NCBI GenBank assembly: GCA_964016885.1
Contig: OZ024740.1
Span: forward strand, 181,970,001 to 182,034,000
Direction of reading: 5' to 3'
Origin: Eledone cirrhosa
Lineage: Eukaryota
DNA length: 64,000 bases
Part shown: one piece after another, positions 1 through 13,080 of the stretch
Numbering within the stretch: position 1 is the stretch's first letter
How the letters are laid out: each line of letters opens with the position of its first letter
Translations under genes and position numbers: made by a program
Notes under the pieces: model-generated
Told to the model about the DNA's origin: nothing
Seen by the model: only the letters and a program-made list of their open reading frames with translations
Database searches by the model: none

Positions 1-696
1 TTGCCAGGGTTTAAAATGCCCTAGAAATGATGTATGTCAATATTCTACCCTAGGACTTACTTAAGTGTTATTGGATTAAAGAGAAAAGTTACTATGACAG
101 ATTTGATTGAATCTATGATGTGATAGCTTGTAAGTAAATTGTTAAACAAATCTCATTGTACTTCTTATTGAAGGAAAGAAAGGGGAAGCGGCCATAAAAC
201 TTGCTGTTTCTGCCAGATTTGCTATAAAATTCTTTTAGATGTATATGTATAGTATTTTTTTTTTTTTTTGAAAGAGTGCAAAATAAATCAAGATATATTA
301 TGCAGTCATTTTAATAGAAAATGTTTTATAATTTATATCATATATGCGAAAAAAACCAAAAATATTTATTTTCCTTGTTCACAATATATAATGTTTTTTT
401 CATTAATCTAGTTATAACTTAATGGAAAAAACTGAATAAGGCGCTTATGGGCTTACCATCATCATTGTTTTTTACTTCCACATTTCTATGTTGGCATGGT
501 TTGAACAACATTTTTCAGTGTGTAAACTAGATGCTATTCTTAACACAAACCCATACATATTTTTAAATATGGTATTTAATCCACTGATTTCCTCCTATCG
601 ATCTACTAAGTTGGAAGACATTGTTTATGCAGTACATAAACAATTGGCGCCAGGTCTTTAGGCAATGCAAATGTGAAATTACACATTGCAACAAAT

Positions 697-697
<1 letters not shown>

Positions 698-740
<43 letters not shown>
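698..740. repeat. (CA)n microsatellite
   Basis: Pure CA run; explains spurious VCVC/THTH ORFs. Confidence 0.97.
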
Positions 741-742
<2 letters not shown>

Positions 743-1043
743 CTATATATCTAAAACTAATCAAGTATGATATTGTAATATGTACCATGCTTTCACAAAG
801 GTTTTTCAGTGGTCATACAGTTGCAATTAAACACATACACCCTCTTAGCCCACCATCGTTTGATTAAGTGGAAAATCTAGGACATGACAGCTGGAAGAGT
901 GGGTTGCTCCAGCACAAGGTTTGTAGTATTTATATCAAGCAAGAAATAATGAAAGGCAAAGTAAACCTCGGCATATTTGAACTCAGAATGCAGATTCAGA
1001 AAAGATATCCAATGCTCTAAGACTCTCACCAAATCAACTGCCT

Positions 1044-1047
1044 TATA

Positions 1048-1116
<69 letters not shown>
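1044..1116. repeat. (TA)n microsatellite
   Basis: Near-pure TA run. Confidence 0.97.
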
Positions 1117-1120
<4 letters not shown>

Positions 1121-1122
1121 AT

Positions 1123-1306
1123 TATTATAAATGTAAGCTATCGCAGTATTTTGACCAAAGAAATTAAAGAAATTATTTAGCCTAATAGTGGGGTTAAGAA
1201 CCCTCGGAGAAATGTAAAAAGATGAGTATTGACGTACATGTCAATAATCATCTTTTTCAATTTAATTTCTTTAGTCAAAATACGGCGATAGCTTATATTT
1301 ATAATA
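1123..1306. repeat. Fold-back element between (TA)n runs (probable Penelope-like terminus relic)
   Basis: 46-bp outer arms 1123-1168 / 1261-1306 (about 3 mismatches) plus inner hairpin 1216-1233 / 1240-1257. Confidence 0.8.
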
Positions 1307-1325
1307 CATATATATATATATATAT

Positions 1326-1810
1326 ATAGTAGTGAAAGAGGGAGGAATAACATGGTCGGCTGTACAAAAAGGGTTTTATTTATAGTATTAACAATTGTTT
1401 CATTGATCAGGTGAGTCTAAAGGCCGCTAATCACTCGAAATTGCGTCACTCGACATTAAATACAGTGTGTGTCTCTGATCAAGTCATTCCGATGATTTGA
1501 TCAAAGACACACACTGTATTTAATGTCGAGTGACGCAATTTCCAGTGATTAGCGGCCTTTAGACTCACCTGATCAATGAAACAATTGTTAATACTATAAA
1601 TAAAACCCTTTTTGTACAGCCGACCATGTTATTCCTTCCTATTTCACTACTATTACTCCAAGAATAACCTGCATGGGAACTCTCGCGAACCACTACCTAA
1701 CTATGGAAACCTGTTGTTGAGTCAAACAACGCTGTACATTAAAACTATCCACAATACATAGTACTCACAACCTCTAACTGGATTACCTAAAATGATAACA
1801 TGTTATCCCA
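1326..1810. mobile_element. ~160-bp-arm palindromic element with one-sided extension, flanked by (TA)n; probable Penelope-like inverted pseudo-LTR
   Basis: 1328-1487 is the reverse complement of 1492-1651 (about 5 mismatches, TCCG loop); contains GAAA-CAATTG-TT followed by AATAAA; unpaired tail 1654-1810. Confidence 0.7.
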
Positions 1811-1834
1811 TATATATATATATATATTCATATA

Positions 1835-4100
1835 TCATCATCATCATCATCACTGTTTAACTTTCATTTCCCATGCTACCATAGGTTAGACGAGCTGTCC
1901 CATTGTGAGACAAGCCAGATTGGATGACCATGTTATGCTCATACAGAACTGATTTCAGCTTGATTTCCATGGCTGGATGCCTTTCCTACCCAACAACCAC
2001 ATTTAGAATGTGTACTGGGTGCTTTTATTCCTGATATCTTCTCGACCACTTTAGAATGTGGACTGTGTGCATTTTATCATGACATCTATACGGCCACTTT
2101 TCAGTGTGGACTGGGTCCTTTTCTTGTGGCCCCTACATTTCCAATTTACAGTATAAACAGGGTGCTCGTTGTGTCATTGTGTCACCAAAATGAACATTTT
2201 ACAGTAAAGATTTAGGACTTGGGTGGGGTGCATGGGGATTAGGGACATAGGTTTAGGGGTGGAGTGTTATGATGTGGGTGGGATATTATGACATGTGTGG
2301 GGGGTTACGATGTTGGAGATATATGGGTAAGGTGATGGAAGGAAAGGTGCTACATACAAGATGTATGCTTCATCTCCTGCACATGGGAAGATGGGTCTTC
2401 TGTATTACTGCATAACACAAGAGATCACGGTCATAAGTCATCACCTTTGAGAGGGGCAATTGTGCAAGATCAGCTTTTATCACCTCATCCCAAGACTTTC
2501 TAGGTCTTCCTAGTCCATAGCTTCGATCATCTTTAGATGCTCTGCACATTTTCATACAGTTGTCATCCTTTATACCCATCACAAGTCCATATCACTGCAT
2601 TCTTCACTCCTGGACACTACATCTGATCCCTCTTATGCTGAATTTATCTCTCAGTTCCTTTATGCTTTGCCGTTCATGTTTATTCCTATTACACATCCAT
2701 CAAAACATGGAAGCTTCATTTCTTTCCATTCCTTATTAGCCCTCTGCAGACAGTGACCTGGTTTCATGACCATGCAACATTACACTTCGTATATATATGC
2801 ATCATACAATCTGCCCTTAATTTTGAGGGGAAACCTTTTGTAGTTAGCAGTGGTAATAACTCCCTGAACTTTCGCCAACCTATTCTCACTCTGGCTACTG
2901 TGCTTTTGGAACACCCTCCTTCACTACTAATTTGGTCATTCAGGTTACAGAAACTATCTATTACCTCTACAGAATCCTCTCGGCATTTGAAATAGCTTGT
3001 ATCCCATGGGCTCTAGCTATTTACAGCACCTGTGCATTAGCCACATGAAAAACCTACATCTCTTGTATACCCATAGTTTGTATTTGGGACATATGATGAA
3101 ATCTCTACCTACTCCCTTTCTGCACACTGAGCAAGGCCATTTCCTTAAGGGAAAGTGTTCCTGTTTTCCTTTCTACATACTAGAACTTTAGTCTTTGACA
3201 AGTTAACTTTAAGATATTTTCATTCTAGGCCATGCTTCCAGGCTTGGAAGTTCTTCTCTAATTCTGCCATAGAGTCAGCAATAAGGGTTAGATCATCTGC
3301 TACAGAAGTTCCCATAGACAACCAGTCTCAATCTCTTCTATTATGGCCTGCATGATGATCATAAATAGGAGAGGGCTGATGGACACCTACCCTTATGCTA
3401 AATTCTTCACTCTTGTCATTGTTAATTTTTACCTCACCGACTGTTCCTCTGTACATGGCTTGTACTGCCTTCACCAGCGATTTGCTGGCTCCTAGTTTTT
3501 TAAGAACTCACCAGATAATGGAATAGGAGACTCTGTCAAAAGCTTTTTCCAGGTCCACAAAACCAAGTAGAAGGATATACTTTCAGCTAGGTACATTTGC
3601 AGTTACCCCGCAGTTACGGCATCTGTGGTAGTTTTACCTGGCACAAACCCAAACTGTATCTCGTCTAGTTTAAGTCGATCCCTAATCAGATGTGCTATAA
3701 CCCTTTCTGTAATCTTCATAACCTGCTCAACCAATATAATGTTTCTATAATTTTCACTGTCTCGGTCATCTCCTTTGCCCTTGTAGTAGTTGATGATGCT
3801 ACTACACCAGTCTTTAGGTATAACATTGTTTTGTATTACTTGGTTTATAATATAGGTGACTATGGTGTGACCCACCATTCTGGATGCTTTTAGCATCTTG
3901 GCAACTATCCCAGAAGGTCCAGCTGTCTTGCCTGTCCTCATGTCCTTGATTTCCTTACTTACTATACTAATGCTGATTGTACAGCCAGTCCCTCTGTTGG
4001 GTCAACTTGTGGCAAGCTATTTTCTTCCCTTGCATACTTCTCATTCAGTAATCTTTTATATTGGCCCTACCTTACTAACTTCTTTTCAGTGTCAGTGAGG
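1835..4100 (-). mobile_element. RTE-clade LINE, 5'-truncated and decayed
   Basis: Minus-strand peptides GKTAGPSGI..YKGKGD..NYRNI..QFGFVPGKTTTDA and GRPRKSWDEVIKADL match the + copy at 57.9-59.5 kb; (GAT)n tail at ~1835-1852. Confidence 0.9.
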
Positions 4101-4167
4101 ACAAGTACAGCATTATCATCTTGGACACACTTCTGCCCACCAACATCATCATTTTAGCTGACACACT

Positions 4168-4206
<39 letters not shown>

Positions 4207-4279
4207 TGAGAAGATTATGTAATAGCGGTTGTCTAAATTCAAGGAATGAACATTTTTCATGTTGTCCACATGTTTAGCA

Positions 4280-4866
4280 ACACCTATTACGTAATTACAA
4301 AGCTACAGATTGACCAACATGAACAATCTATAATATTCTGCATAGCATGAATAATTTATTCCGAGCATCCACAGTTATCTCCCTCACATCAATCTATCAT
4401 GGGCTGACATTGCCCTTTGGATGTGACTGTTTCTGCACATACGTACACATACAGTTGTTTTTCATTTTCCATACAACCTCATTTAAACCGAGCTGATGAT
4501 CCAAATAAGCACCACCTTGCTTGTTTTTGTGCAGCCTCCAAACCCCACAGTGGTGCCTGGCTCCATGCCCTGCCCTCCTTCTCCACTGGCACGCAACTAG
4601 ATAACCATAACCTGCGCATCAATGTTTCCCTGAGGCTCGGACTTCGGATCTGCCAGTCACACCAATGTCGCTGCGGTTCCACCATGGATTCTTTCGGCCT
4701 CCACCCGCTTTCTTGTCGCCACAGTGCCAGCCACATTCCATGCCATGCTGCCATCAACGAGGTCATTAAGCATGGCTTGAACGCTGCAGGCTTCCCTACC
4801 CAGCTCAAGCCAGTGGGGCTGAATCGAGGGGACAGCAAAAGGCCAGATGGCATGACCATCTTCCTG
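4280..4866 (+). mobile_element. CRE-clade non-LTR retrotransposon fragment (zinc finger / restriction-like endonuclease region)
   Basis: ORF 4417-4869: SGAWLHALPS..LRLG..CRCG..GLHPLSC..LKPVGLNRGDSKRPDG; cut by a SINE at 4867. Confidence 0.78.
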
Positions 4867-5042
4867 TAGTATCGGTAGAGGGTTGGACGCCATGCTTTCC
4901 AGCATAGTTACGTCCCTTTACGATCTGAGTTCAAATCCCGCCGAGGTTGACTTTGCCTTTCATCCTTACGGGGTCGATAAAGTAAAGTATCAGTAATGCA
5001 CTGGGTAATTGCTGGCCTTGTGCCTAAAGTAGAAACAATTAT
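4867..5042 (+). mobile_element. tRNA-derived SINE (Meta-type central domain)
   Basis: Box B GAGTTCAAATCCC, GACTTTGCCTTTCATCC..GGGGTCGATAAA..AGTA core, AGAAACAATTAT tail; many copies in window. Confidence 0.88.
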
Positions 5043-5164
5043 ATCTTTATAGCAATTATCTCATGTTAAGGTGAAAGAATGTTCTTGGTAATGGTGAACT
5101 AACAGTTGTGGAACTACTTATATGTGGGGCGAGGTGATAAAAGCTGACTTTGCCAAATTTTACC

Positions 5165-5556
5165 TCTCAAATGCGATAACATAGGACCGTGACCTCTGGC
5201 GTCACGCAATAATACAGAAGACCCGACTTTACATGGGTACAAGCTGAAGCTGAAGCATATAGATAATATGCCCCCATCCCCTCCCACTGCAATGTGGTCA
5301 AGAAGATGTCAAGACAAAAAGGCACCAAGACCACACTGTAAAGTGGTTGTGTAGGTACCATGAGAAAAAAGCACCCAGCACTCACTGTAAATGAGGTTGG
5401 TGTTAGGAAGGGCATCCAGCTATAGAAATCAAGCCAAAATCAGTTCCCGTATCTGCAAAACAAGGTCACCCAACCTGGCATTGGTCACAAGACAACCCAT
5501 CTCACCTATGCTAGCATGGAAGTATGGATGTAAAACCATGATGAAGATGATGATGA
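5165..5556 (+). mobile_element. RTE LINE 3' end (5'-truncated copy)
   Basis: Matches 59410-59795 (GACCGTGACCTCTGGCGTCACGCA..AAGCACCCAGCACTCACTGTAAATGAGG) and ends in (GAT)n. Confidence 0.88.
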
Positions 5557-5843
5557 TTATATATATATCATGTTACAAGATGTGAGTTACAAGTTGGCAC
5601 CTCTCTATATCTCTTAACATTTCAAAATCAATCATGAAATTTTGAAACTGATTAAGTTATTAATTATTGTAGATAAGCTTCTTAAAGACTCCAATTGCAA
5701 TTTTAACTTATTTTTCCTATATATATATATATATATGAGAATAAACGTGCTGCGGGGTTGCTAATGGGTTACATATGAATAAAGTTAGTCCTACATCAGT
5801 GATCTTCCAACCATCATTGGTATTTCATCGCTTTAAAGACCAT

Positions 5844-5900
<57 letters not shown>

Positions 5901-6068
5901 TAAAATAATGAATAAACAAAGAAACAGTTCCTTATATTAAAAAATTCATCATTTTACGATCTGTTATTTTAATAAATATTTGCTCTAGGGTTCTTATATA
6001 TTTGATATATATTTATCCCTATCGAGCCTTCTTTGGATTTTAGTCTTCACATTTATTATTATTATTAT

Positions 6069-6255
6069 CGGTGGATTGGCAGTATCGGTAGAGGGTCGGA
6101 CGCCATGCTTTCCAGCATAGTTACGTCCCTTTACGATCTGAGTTCAAATCCCGCTGAGGTTGACTTTGCCTTTCATCCTTACGGGGTCGATAAAATAAAG
6201 TACCAGTAATGTACAGGATAATTGCTGGCCTTGTGCCTAAAGTAGAAACAATTAT
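6069..6255 (+). mobile_element. tRNA-derived SINE (Meta-type)
   Basis: Box A TGGCAGTATCGG, box B GAGTTCAAATCCC, same body as the 4867 copy. Confidence 0.9.
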
Positions 6256-6269
6256 CTGTACACACCAAT

Positions 6270-6460
6270 AAGCGGTGGATTGGCAGTATCGGTAGAGGGT
6301 CGGATGCCATGTTTTAGAGCATAGAGTTACGGCCCTTTATGATCTGAGTTCAAATCCCGCCGAGGTTAACTTTGCCTTTCATTCTTACGGGGTCGATAAA
6401 ATAAAGTACCAGTAATGCACTGGAATAATTGCTGGCCTTGTGCCAAAAGTAGAAACAATT
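6270..6460 (+). mobile_element. tRNA-derived SINE (Meta-type) with TSD
   Basis: Full copy; ATTATCTGTACACACCAAT duplicated at 6251-6269 and 6458-6476. Confidence 0.9.
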
Positions 6461-7020
6461 ATCTGTACACACCAATGTTTTCATACACATGAACGGTCTG
6501 TTTGCATCACGTCTATCCCACCTCAGCTATTGCTCTGAACACATGTATCAGCTGTAGTAGTAGTAGTAATAAAGAATCCTTTCATGGACAGTTTCACAAA
6601 TGTGAAATGTTTTACCAATATGTTTGGTGTGTACTAAAGTCCCATTTTAGATATATGCAACAACAACAAGAAAATAAATATCTAAATACAATAAAAATAA
6701 TACAGCATTTATTGAAAAAAACCATCACTGTTTTCAATTTTCTTAAAACATTGCTTCGCTTGAAAAACAGAAGCAGAAGCAACAATTTTTTTTTTTTTTT
6801 TTTTAAATAGAATTTTATTTGAAAAATGCAAATTCAAATAATATTGATTTTTTTTATACCCCTCTCTGATCTTGACCCAATCCTTTGATGAGTACATCTG
6901 ATAAAAGTTGTGTTTTATGCAAAACAAATATGGTAATGAACCAAATCAAAACACATTCACATTGATTACACAACTTCAGTTGTAATTGATGTTAAAACAA
7001 AATCTAACCAATTACTTTAT

Positions 7021-7098
7021 TATGTAGTGATCATTATTATTATCATCATCATTATTATCATTTGTTATTGTTATTTTTATTATCATTGCTATTGTTAC

Positions 7099-7152
<54 letters not shown>

Positions 7153-7245
7153 TATTGCTGCTGCTGCTGTTGTTGTTGTTGTTGTTTTTGTTGTTACAAT
7201 TATTGTTGCTGTTGTAACTGTTATTGGTGTTGTTATTCTCATTGT
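7021..7245. repeat. Compound trinucleotide microsatellite (ATC/ATT/GCT/GTT)
   Basis: Direct reading; gives low-complexity poly-I/Y/C ORFs. Confidence 0.95.
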
Positions 7246-7717
7246 TTTGTGTTATAAAATTCTCTTTTAAATTACATTTGTTCTTGTTGTGTTGTTACGA
7301 TTCCGTTGACAACCTTGAAAAACGATAACTGTTTTGCTGCAAATTCAAAGAGGTTTAATAGACTTTCCTTTTTTTCTAGATAATGTATTTTTAACAAAAA
7401 TTGTTTTATCTTTGATCTCTTATATAAGATTGTAATGTCTAAAGTTTTAACGGCAATAATTTTTTTTTCATTTAAAAAAGCAACAGTAATATCAAAAATA
7501 TAAAATAAAAAATAAACTGTTAGTGTTTTGCAGACAGTTTTCATTGTTTTATATGGATATTCATTTGGTCTAAAATATTGTTTTATGTCATAACTGTCAA
7601 AAAGAAGATATGGGTGTTTGGCAGCCAAAAAGGTTGATGATTATGACCTAGCTTGGTTGCAATCAGCTTTGCAGCTGTGAGGTACCATATTCGGTGTTAT
7701 AGTTTCATTATTTTTTT

Positions 7718-8160
7718 AGCAATTGATATATGGAATAATGATACAGATGTCTAGAATTAGTGATAAGTGGTTGCGAAAAATTATGCAACACACTATATGC
7801 CATACAAATTAATGTAAAATTAAATATATGAACATCTATAGCTTTAAACCAAAGTATATGTATATGAAAATTGATATCTGGACTAATGATAGAGTTGTGT
7901 AGCATTGGTAATAAGTGGTTGAGGGAAATTATGTAACACACTATATGTCATACAAATCAAAGACAAAATTAGATACATAAACATATATAGCTTTAAAGTA
8001 AAGTATATGTTTATAGCAATTGACAGCCGGAGTAATGATACAGTTGTGCAGATGGGATGAAAAGTGGCCGAGGAAAGTTGTGTAACACACTGCAGAGTAT
8101 GAGAAGTAAAGCATAATTAAATATATGAAAATATATACAGCCTTACACTGAAGCATATTT
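7718..8160. repeat. Tandem repeat, 3 diverged units of ~148 bp
   Basis: Units start ~7718, ~7866, ~8015 (AATTGA..TAATGATA..AAGTGG..AACACACT). Confidence 0.85.
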
Positions 8161-9411
8161 TGAGTTATAACTTCTAAAATAACTACAATGATAATAGTGA
8201 TAATGACGATCTAGTTATTTTTAGTGCAGGAATATCTAATGGGAAGTTATGGGAACCACTGCCCCTTTGTTACCTTTTACAAACTAATCCAAGAGAAAAA
8301 TAGACAAATTTGAACACAGAGAGAAAAATGACAACAATTGAGAGAAACATTAATAAACAGTTAGTTAGTGAAAGTTAACATAATATTGTTCCAGAAAAGG
8401 ATAATTATTAATTAATTACATCTGTATTGAAGAGAAAAAAGCATTACCATTATGATTATTTCTGTTCAAGACAAACACGAGAGGCAACTCAAAAATCCAT
8501 ATTAATCAAACATTGAATAGTAGCATGCAGAAAAATGTGTGTCTTACGATTGGCAAGTATAGTAAAATGTCTATATATGTTTCAGTCATATTGGCAACAT
8601 TCAGTGAATAATTGTCTTAGTACTTTGTTGTTACAATTCACATCTGTTGTGATTTAGGGGTCTCCTATGAGACTGCATCTCACATGAGATTTTGTGGGTA
8701 TTTTAATGAAGTGGCTCTTGAACTCAATAAGTATAAAGCTGGAACCGCTTCTGGAAAGCATTCCACCCAACACTAACAATTCCACTAATCCACTGCCATG
8801 AACTGGTAGTTTATAGATTGATGAAAAGGAAAGTTGACCTTGGCAGGATTAAAACTCAGAGAGCAGAAACAAACACCACAAACCAAATATTTTAACTCTC
8901 AAATGAATTTAAGAACTCACTGCCTCACTTGCCAGAGCTTAGAATAGCCTAGATAGGGCGTGTTTATATAAATGATAATACTATTCAGTCTTTATAGAAG
9001 AAAACAAGTCAAAATTCAATTGAAACTTGAAAGCCTAAAAATAATTTAAACAGAACTTCCAAAGTTTAGTCTTTCTTAGTTTCAATGCCAGTCCAAATAG
9101 TAAGAAGATATTACTTTTGTGGCTACTACAAGAGACAGTTTCAAATTAGAATTCATTTCTGCATAGCTTACTCAATGAAGCTAAAATAATGTAAACATTT
9201 GTTAGTCAATAAATCACTCCATAGATGACCAAACCTGATATTGGTAGCTATTTTGATGGTCTTCGACACTTCAACTGGGTTGTCATCATAAACATCATCT
9301 TTCCAGATTTCTGGTTCCTATGTTGTTAATATAATGGATTGAATGAGATGAGATAACACAGTCAGTTGTTTCTACTATGTCTTATATATCCATATATATA
9401 TATATATATGT

Positions 9412-9413
<2 letters not shown>

Positions 9414-9468
<55 letters not shown>
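9414..9468. repeat. (GT)n microsatellite
   Basis: Pure run. Confidence 0.97.
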
Positions 9469-9473
<5 letters not shown>

Positions 9474-12400
9474 GCGCGTGTATGTGTGTTTTTGCGCATG
9501 TGTGTATTTTCTGATAAATTCCCCTATCTTTACTCATTGCTTAGCTAGGTGTCATCAGTAAAGACAGCAAAAGTTCGTTTTTTTTTTCACTCCACTCACT
9601 GGCTATATTATTTTTATCTGTTAGATTATTAGATTTACCTAGTCAACATTGTTTAAATATTTTATTTATTTCCTGGACAAGACCCCCATATATTGTTCAC
9701 TGAACTTCTTTTCTCTTAACTGATTTCATTGTTTGTTATTGCATTGAACAACCAGTTGTGGTTAATTCAATATCAAGAAACTACCAGCTACAATATTCTG
9801 GGTAAGTGAATATAAACTGTGAGACATCTTATTTGAGACAGAACTTCAGTACTTTTGGCAAATTTCTGTTGATGTTGTTGTTTAACCTCAGGTCAACTCT
9901 GATTGAGCAAACATATTAGCGAAATATTCCAGCCAATTATTATATGATCATGTTAAATATATAATTGACCAGTTAGTGGTTAACTAGCTTTCTTATTGCC
10001 TTGTCTTTATTATGGAGTTATATGAGAAAAACAAAGATATAAACTACATTTTAGATACATCAGAGAAGTGGGTTCCTAAGAATTATATAGCTGCTATGTT
10101 AAGCAGAATCAGAAACTACTTAAAATCTTATTGCTGGCTTAGACTGTATAATTGGCAAGTATTTTGATTTACTAAAAAAATTCCTTTGTTTGAAAAGTCA
10201 ATTCACACATATATATGTATGTGTATATATAACCTCAGCAGTACAAAATAAGAGCTGTTAAAAGGGTGGGTGGGCTCCTCAGAGACAATGGCCAATTACC
10301 CCAACTATAGGTTAAATAGCCTCACCAACCTGCAATTGTCCTAGTATAGTGAGCATGGCTACACTCCTGACATAACCAAAACCAAATAGAAAGTGGTGTA
10401 CACCATGGATATATGCATTTTTCTTTACCCTAAACAAGGCAATACAGTCTCTAAAATGCAAAGGATTACAAAGTAGGGAAAGTGAAAAGACAGAGGAAAC
10501 ATATATTCAAGGAGAAAGATGATGATCGGTGTTGCTTTTAAATGTTTCATATTATATTGCTCAAGAAAGCAAGAAGCCAAAATAGAAATATATGATTACA
10601 TTTAGGAATTCTAGTGTAAAGTGATGAGACCTAGCCACAAATCTGATATTAGGTTTAAACTTATGAAGAAGAGAAAAGCTCATCAGAACAATTAAACTTA
10701 TTTATATTTACAGAAAAGACAAAGAGAGGCAAGATTTCAATGGTGTAAATGAATGGACCTGAGATGATAGGTCAGGATCACAAGTGTTGACAAGTCTTCT
10801 TTGCACTTTATAGATATATTAGGAAAAGACTAGAGTATAATATTCTCATTTAAATCAACAGTCATAGTTATGTTAAAGACATTTATATGGTTTTCCGCAG
10901 TGAACATGAAAAATAAGTGTTTCACCAAAATGTCCACTATTATCTTTTCAAATCATTTCCTCTATGATTAGTTCTATATCAAAATATGGATGGTGAATTT
11001 TCTAAATTTTGTATTATGATATCATATTTAAAGATTAAATGTGGAAAATGCAATTATATTTTGATGTCTAATACAAGAAATATTTTGCATGTATTTGTTG
11101 TTGTTTAGACCAATGTCATATCTGACTGAGCAGTCTACTGATCAGAGATTATTGTTACTTCCAATCCAATCCAGGGTCTTGTCATGCCTGTTGAAGGAAC
11201 CCCTTCCTGATTCACTTCTATCACTTTCTGTTTGGTTTTGGCCATATTAGGGTTGCAGTTATACTCACCATGCTTGGCCAATTGTGGGTTGGTGAGACTA
11301 TTTAACTTATAATAGGGATAGATGGCCATTGACTCTAAGGAGTTAATCTTCCCTTTTAACAGTTCTTGTTGTTTGGGCTGCTGGGGTTCCACTTACTCCT
11401 CTCACCAGACCAGGGTCTGAAGGGGGACATGGTTTAGTTGCTGATGACTCCCCCATGAAGCAGGTTGTTTATATGACTGAGTGCATAAATGATGACAGTG
11501 TATTGTTGGTTTGGCCCAAGATCTGACTAAGCAGACCCATGATAACAAACGCACCATTTGTGATATCCTATATTTTATTTGAACATAAGTTAACTAGGAT
11601 TACATTATCCAGTTTATCATTTTCTAAGGTGGATGTGATTTAAGCTCTATTTTGCTGCTGTACTCAGCAGATTCATCAACCATATAGAATACTTTCTTGT
11701 TGAATTGATTGCTTAATGGTCTTGGTTCTACAGCATAAAGCTGTTCATTTTAAAGTGTTTATATTTATCTAAACATTTTACATCATAAGTTTTGAAAACG
11801 ATCTTTGTTAAGTAATACTCTTAACAGCAGATTAATGAGAAAATTAATTATATTACCAAAACTCCCAAAATTTCTAATAATTTTCAAAATCATAGTCATA
11901 TTTTCATTAGAAATATGGCATTCAGAGCATATAATTACAGATGTTTTAGGCCATTTGCTTGACCCTGAAAACACTTTGAATGTGGCAGCTGGATGGTATG
12001 AGACGTACACCAGCATTTAGATAGTACTTTCTTTATGGAACCCCAAAAGATCAAAGGCATAGTAGATATTAGTAGGATTTGAAAATTGAATACAGATAGA
12101 AAGAATAGATATTGATATCTACTCTATCCAATGTTCTACTGACTCAAATTGAGTGCCATACAACTGTCTTACTGTATATATCAATGTCATCACTTTTAGA
12201 TCCATTTTTCCATGCTTGTATTGGTTGGAATGTTTTTTTTTTCCAGTGCAGCTTTTTTCTCCTGTTGCATTCTTTCCTCATCTCCTCTGGGAGGTTCTGA
12301 AATTATTTCTCCTCATTTCAGCCCAGGTTTTCCATGGTCTTCTTCTGCAGCTTTCTTCCTTAAGGCAGTCTTAGCATAATACATAACATTATGTATCATA

Positions 12401-12967
12401 TATCAGTACCAGTACAATCTTCTCTCTTGCTCATTGCCTCAATTCCTCTTATGGCCATTTTCCTTCAACTAATCTGTGCTCTGTTTTATGTGTGTGTGAA
12501 GTAATTAATGATTTCAGTACATAAAGAATGACCCATCAAATGTCATTTTATCATCAGTTAAATTTGACTTTTAATGTATCAATCCTTGTAAAGCTACCAT
12601 ACACACTTCAAACCCAATACGAGACTCATTATCATTTCAAATAAATGAATATGTCACAATATATCATGATACAAGCCTAAGGTGTATACGTTCAAAGTGA
12701 TTTTTATTGCTAGTGTACTAAATTTAATTGGATAAGTAACTTTGTAGTTAAGACTGTATTCCATTAGTTGACAGTATCTTAAGAAGAAACAATTACACAG
12801 CAATTTATGATAGGTGACAATTATTCATATTAGGTTTTTCTATGTCTTTTAAGATGTTGGCAAACAGCAAAGGAATGTCTTTTACTCACATCAAAGAACA
12901 TTGATTTACTATAAACATGTTTGATCTTTAGTATAAATACTAACTAAGAGCACTGTTATGTTATGTT

Positions 12968-12978
12968 ATAATAACAAC

Positions 12979-13048
<70 letters not shown>

Positions 13049-13080
13049 TAATAATAATAATGGTAGTAATAATAATAATA
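12968..13080. repeat. (AAT)n microsatellite
   Basis: Near-pure run. Confidence 0.97.

Noticed and set aside
606-1180. Short ORFs with VCVC/THTH/YIYI runs (also at 7.0, 9.4, 14.2, 26.0 and 43.3 kb)
   Set aside because: Translations of microsatellites; no domain content
6861-6897. Possible minus-strand exon (TTTATCAG|ATGTACTC..; DVLIKGLGQDQRG)
   Set aside because: Weak polypyrimidine tract and weak GTATAA donor; no recognisable protein
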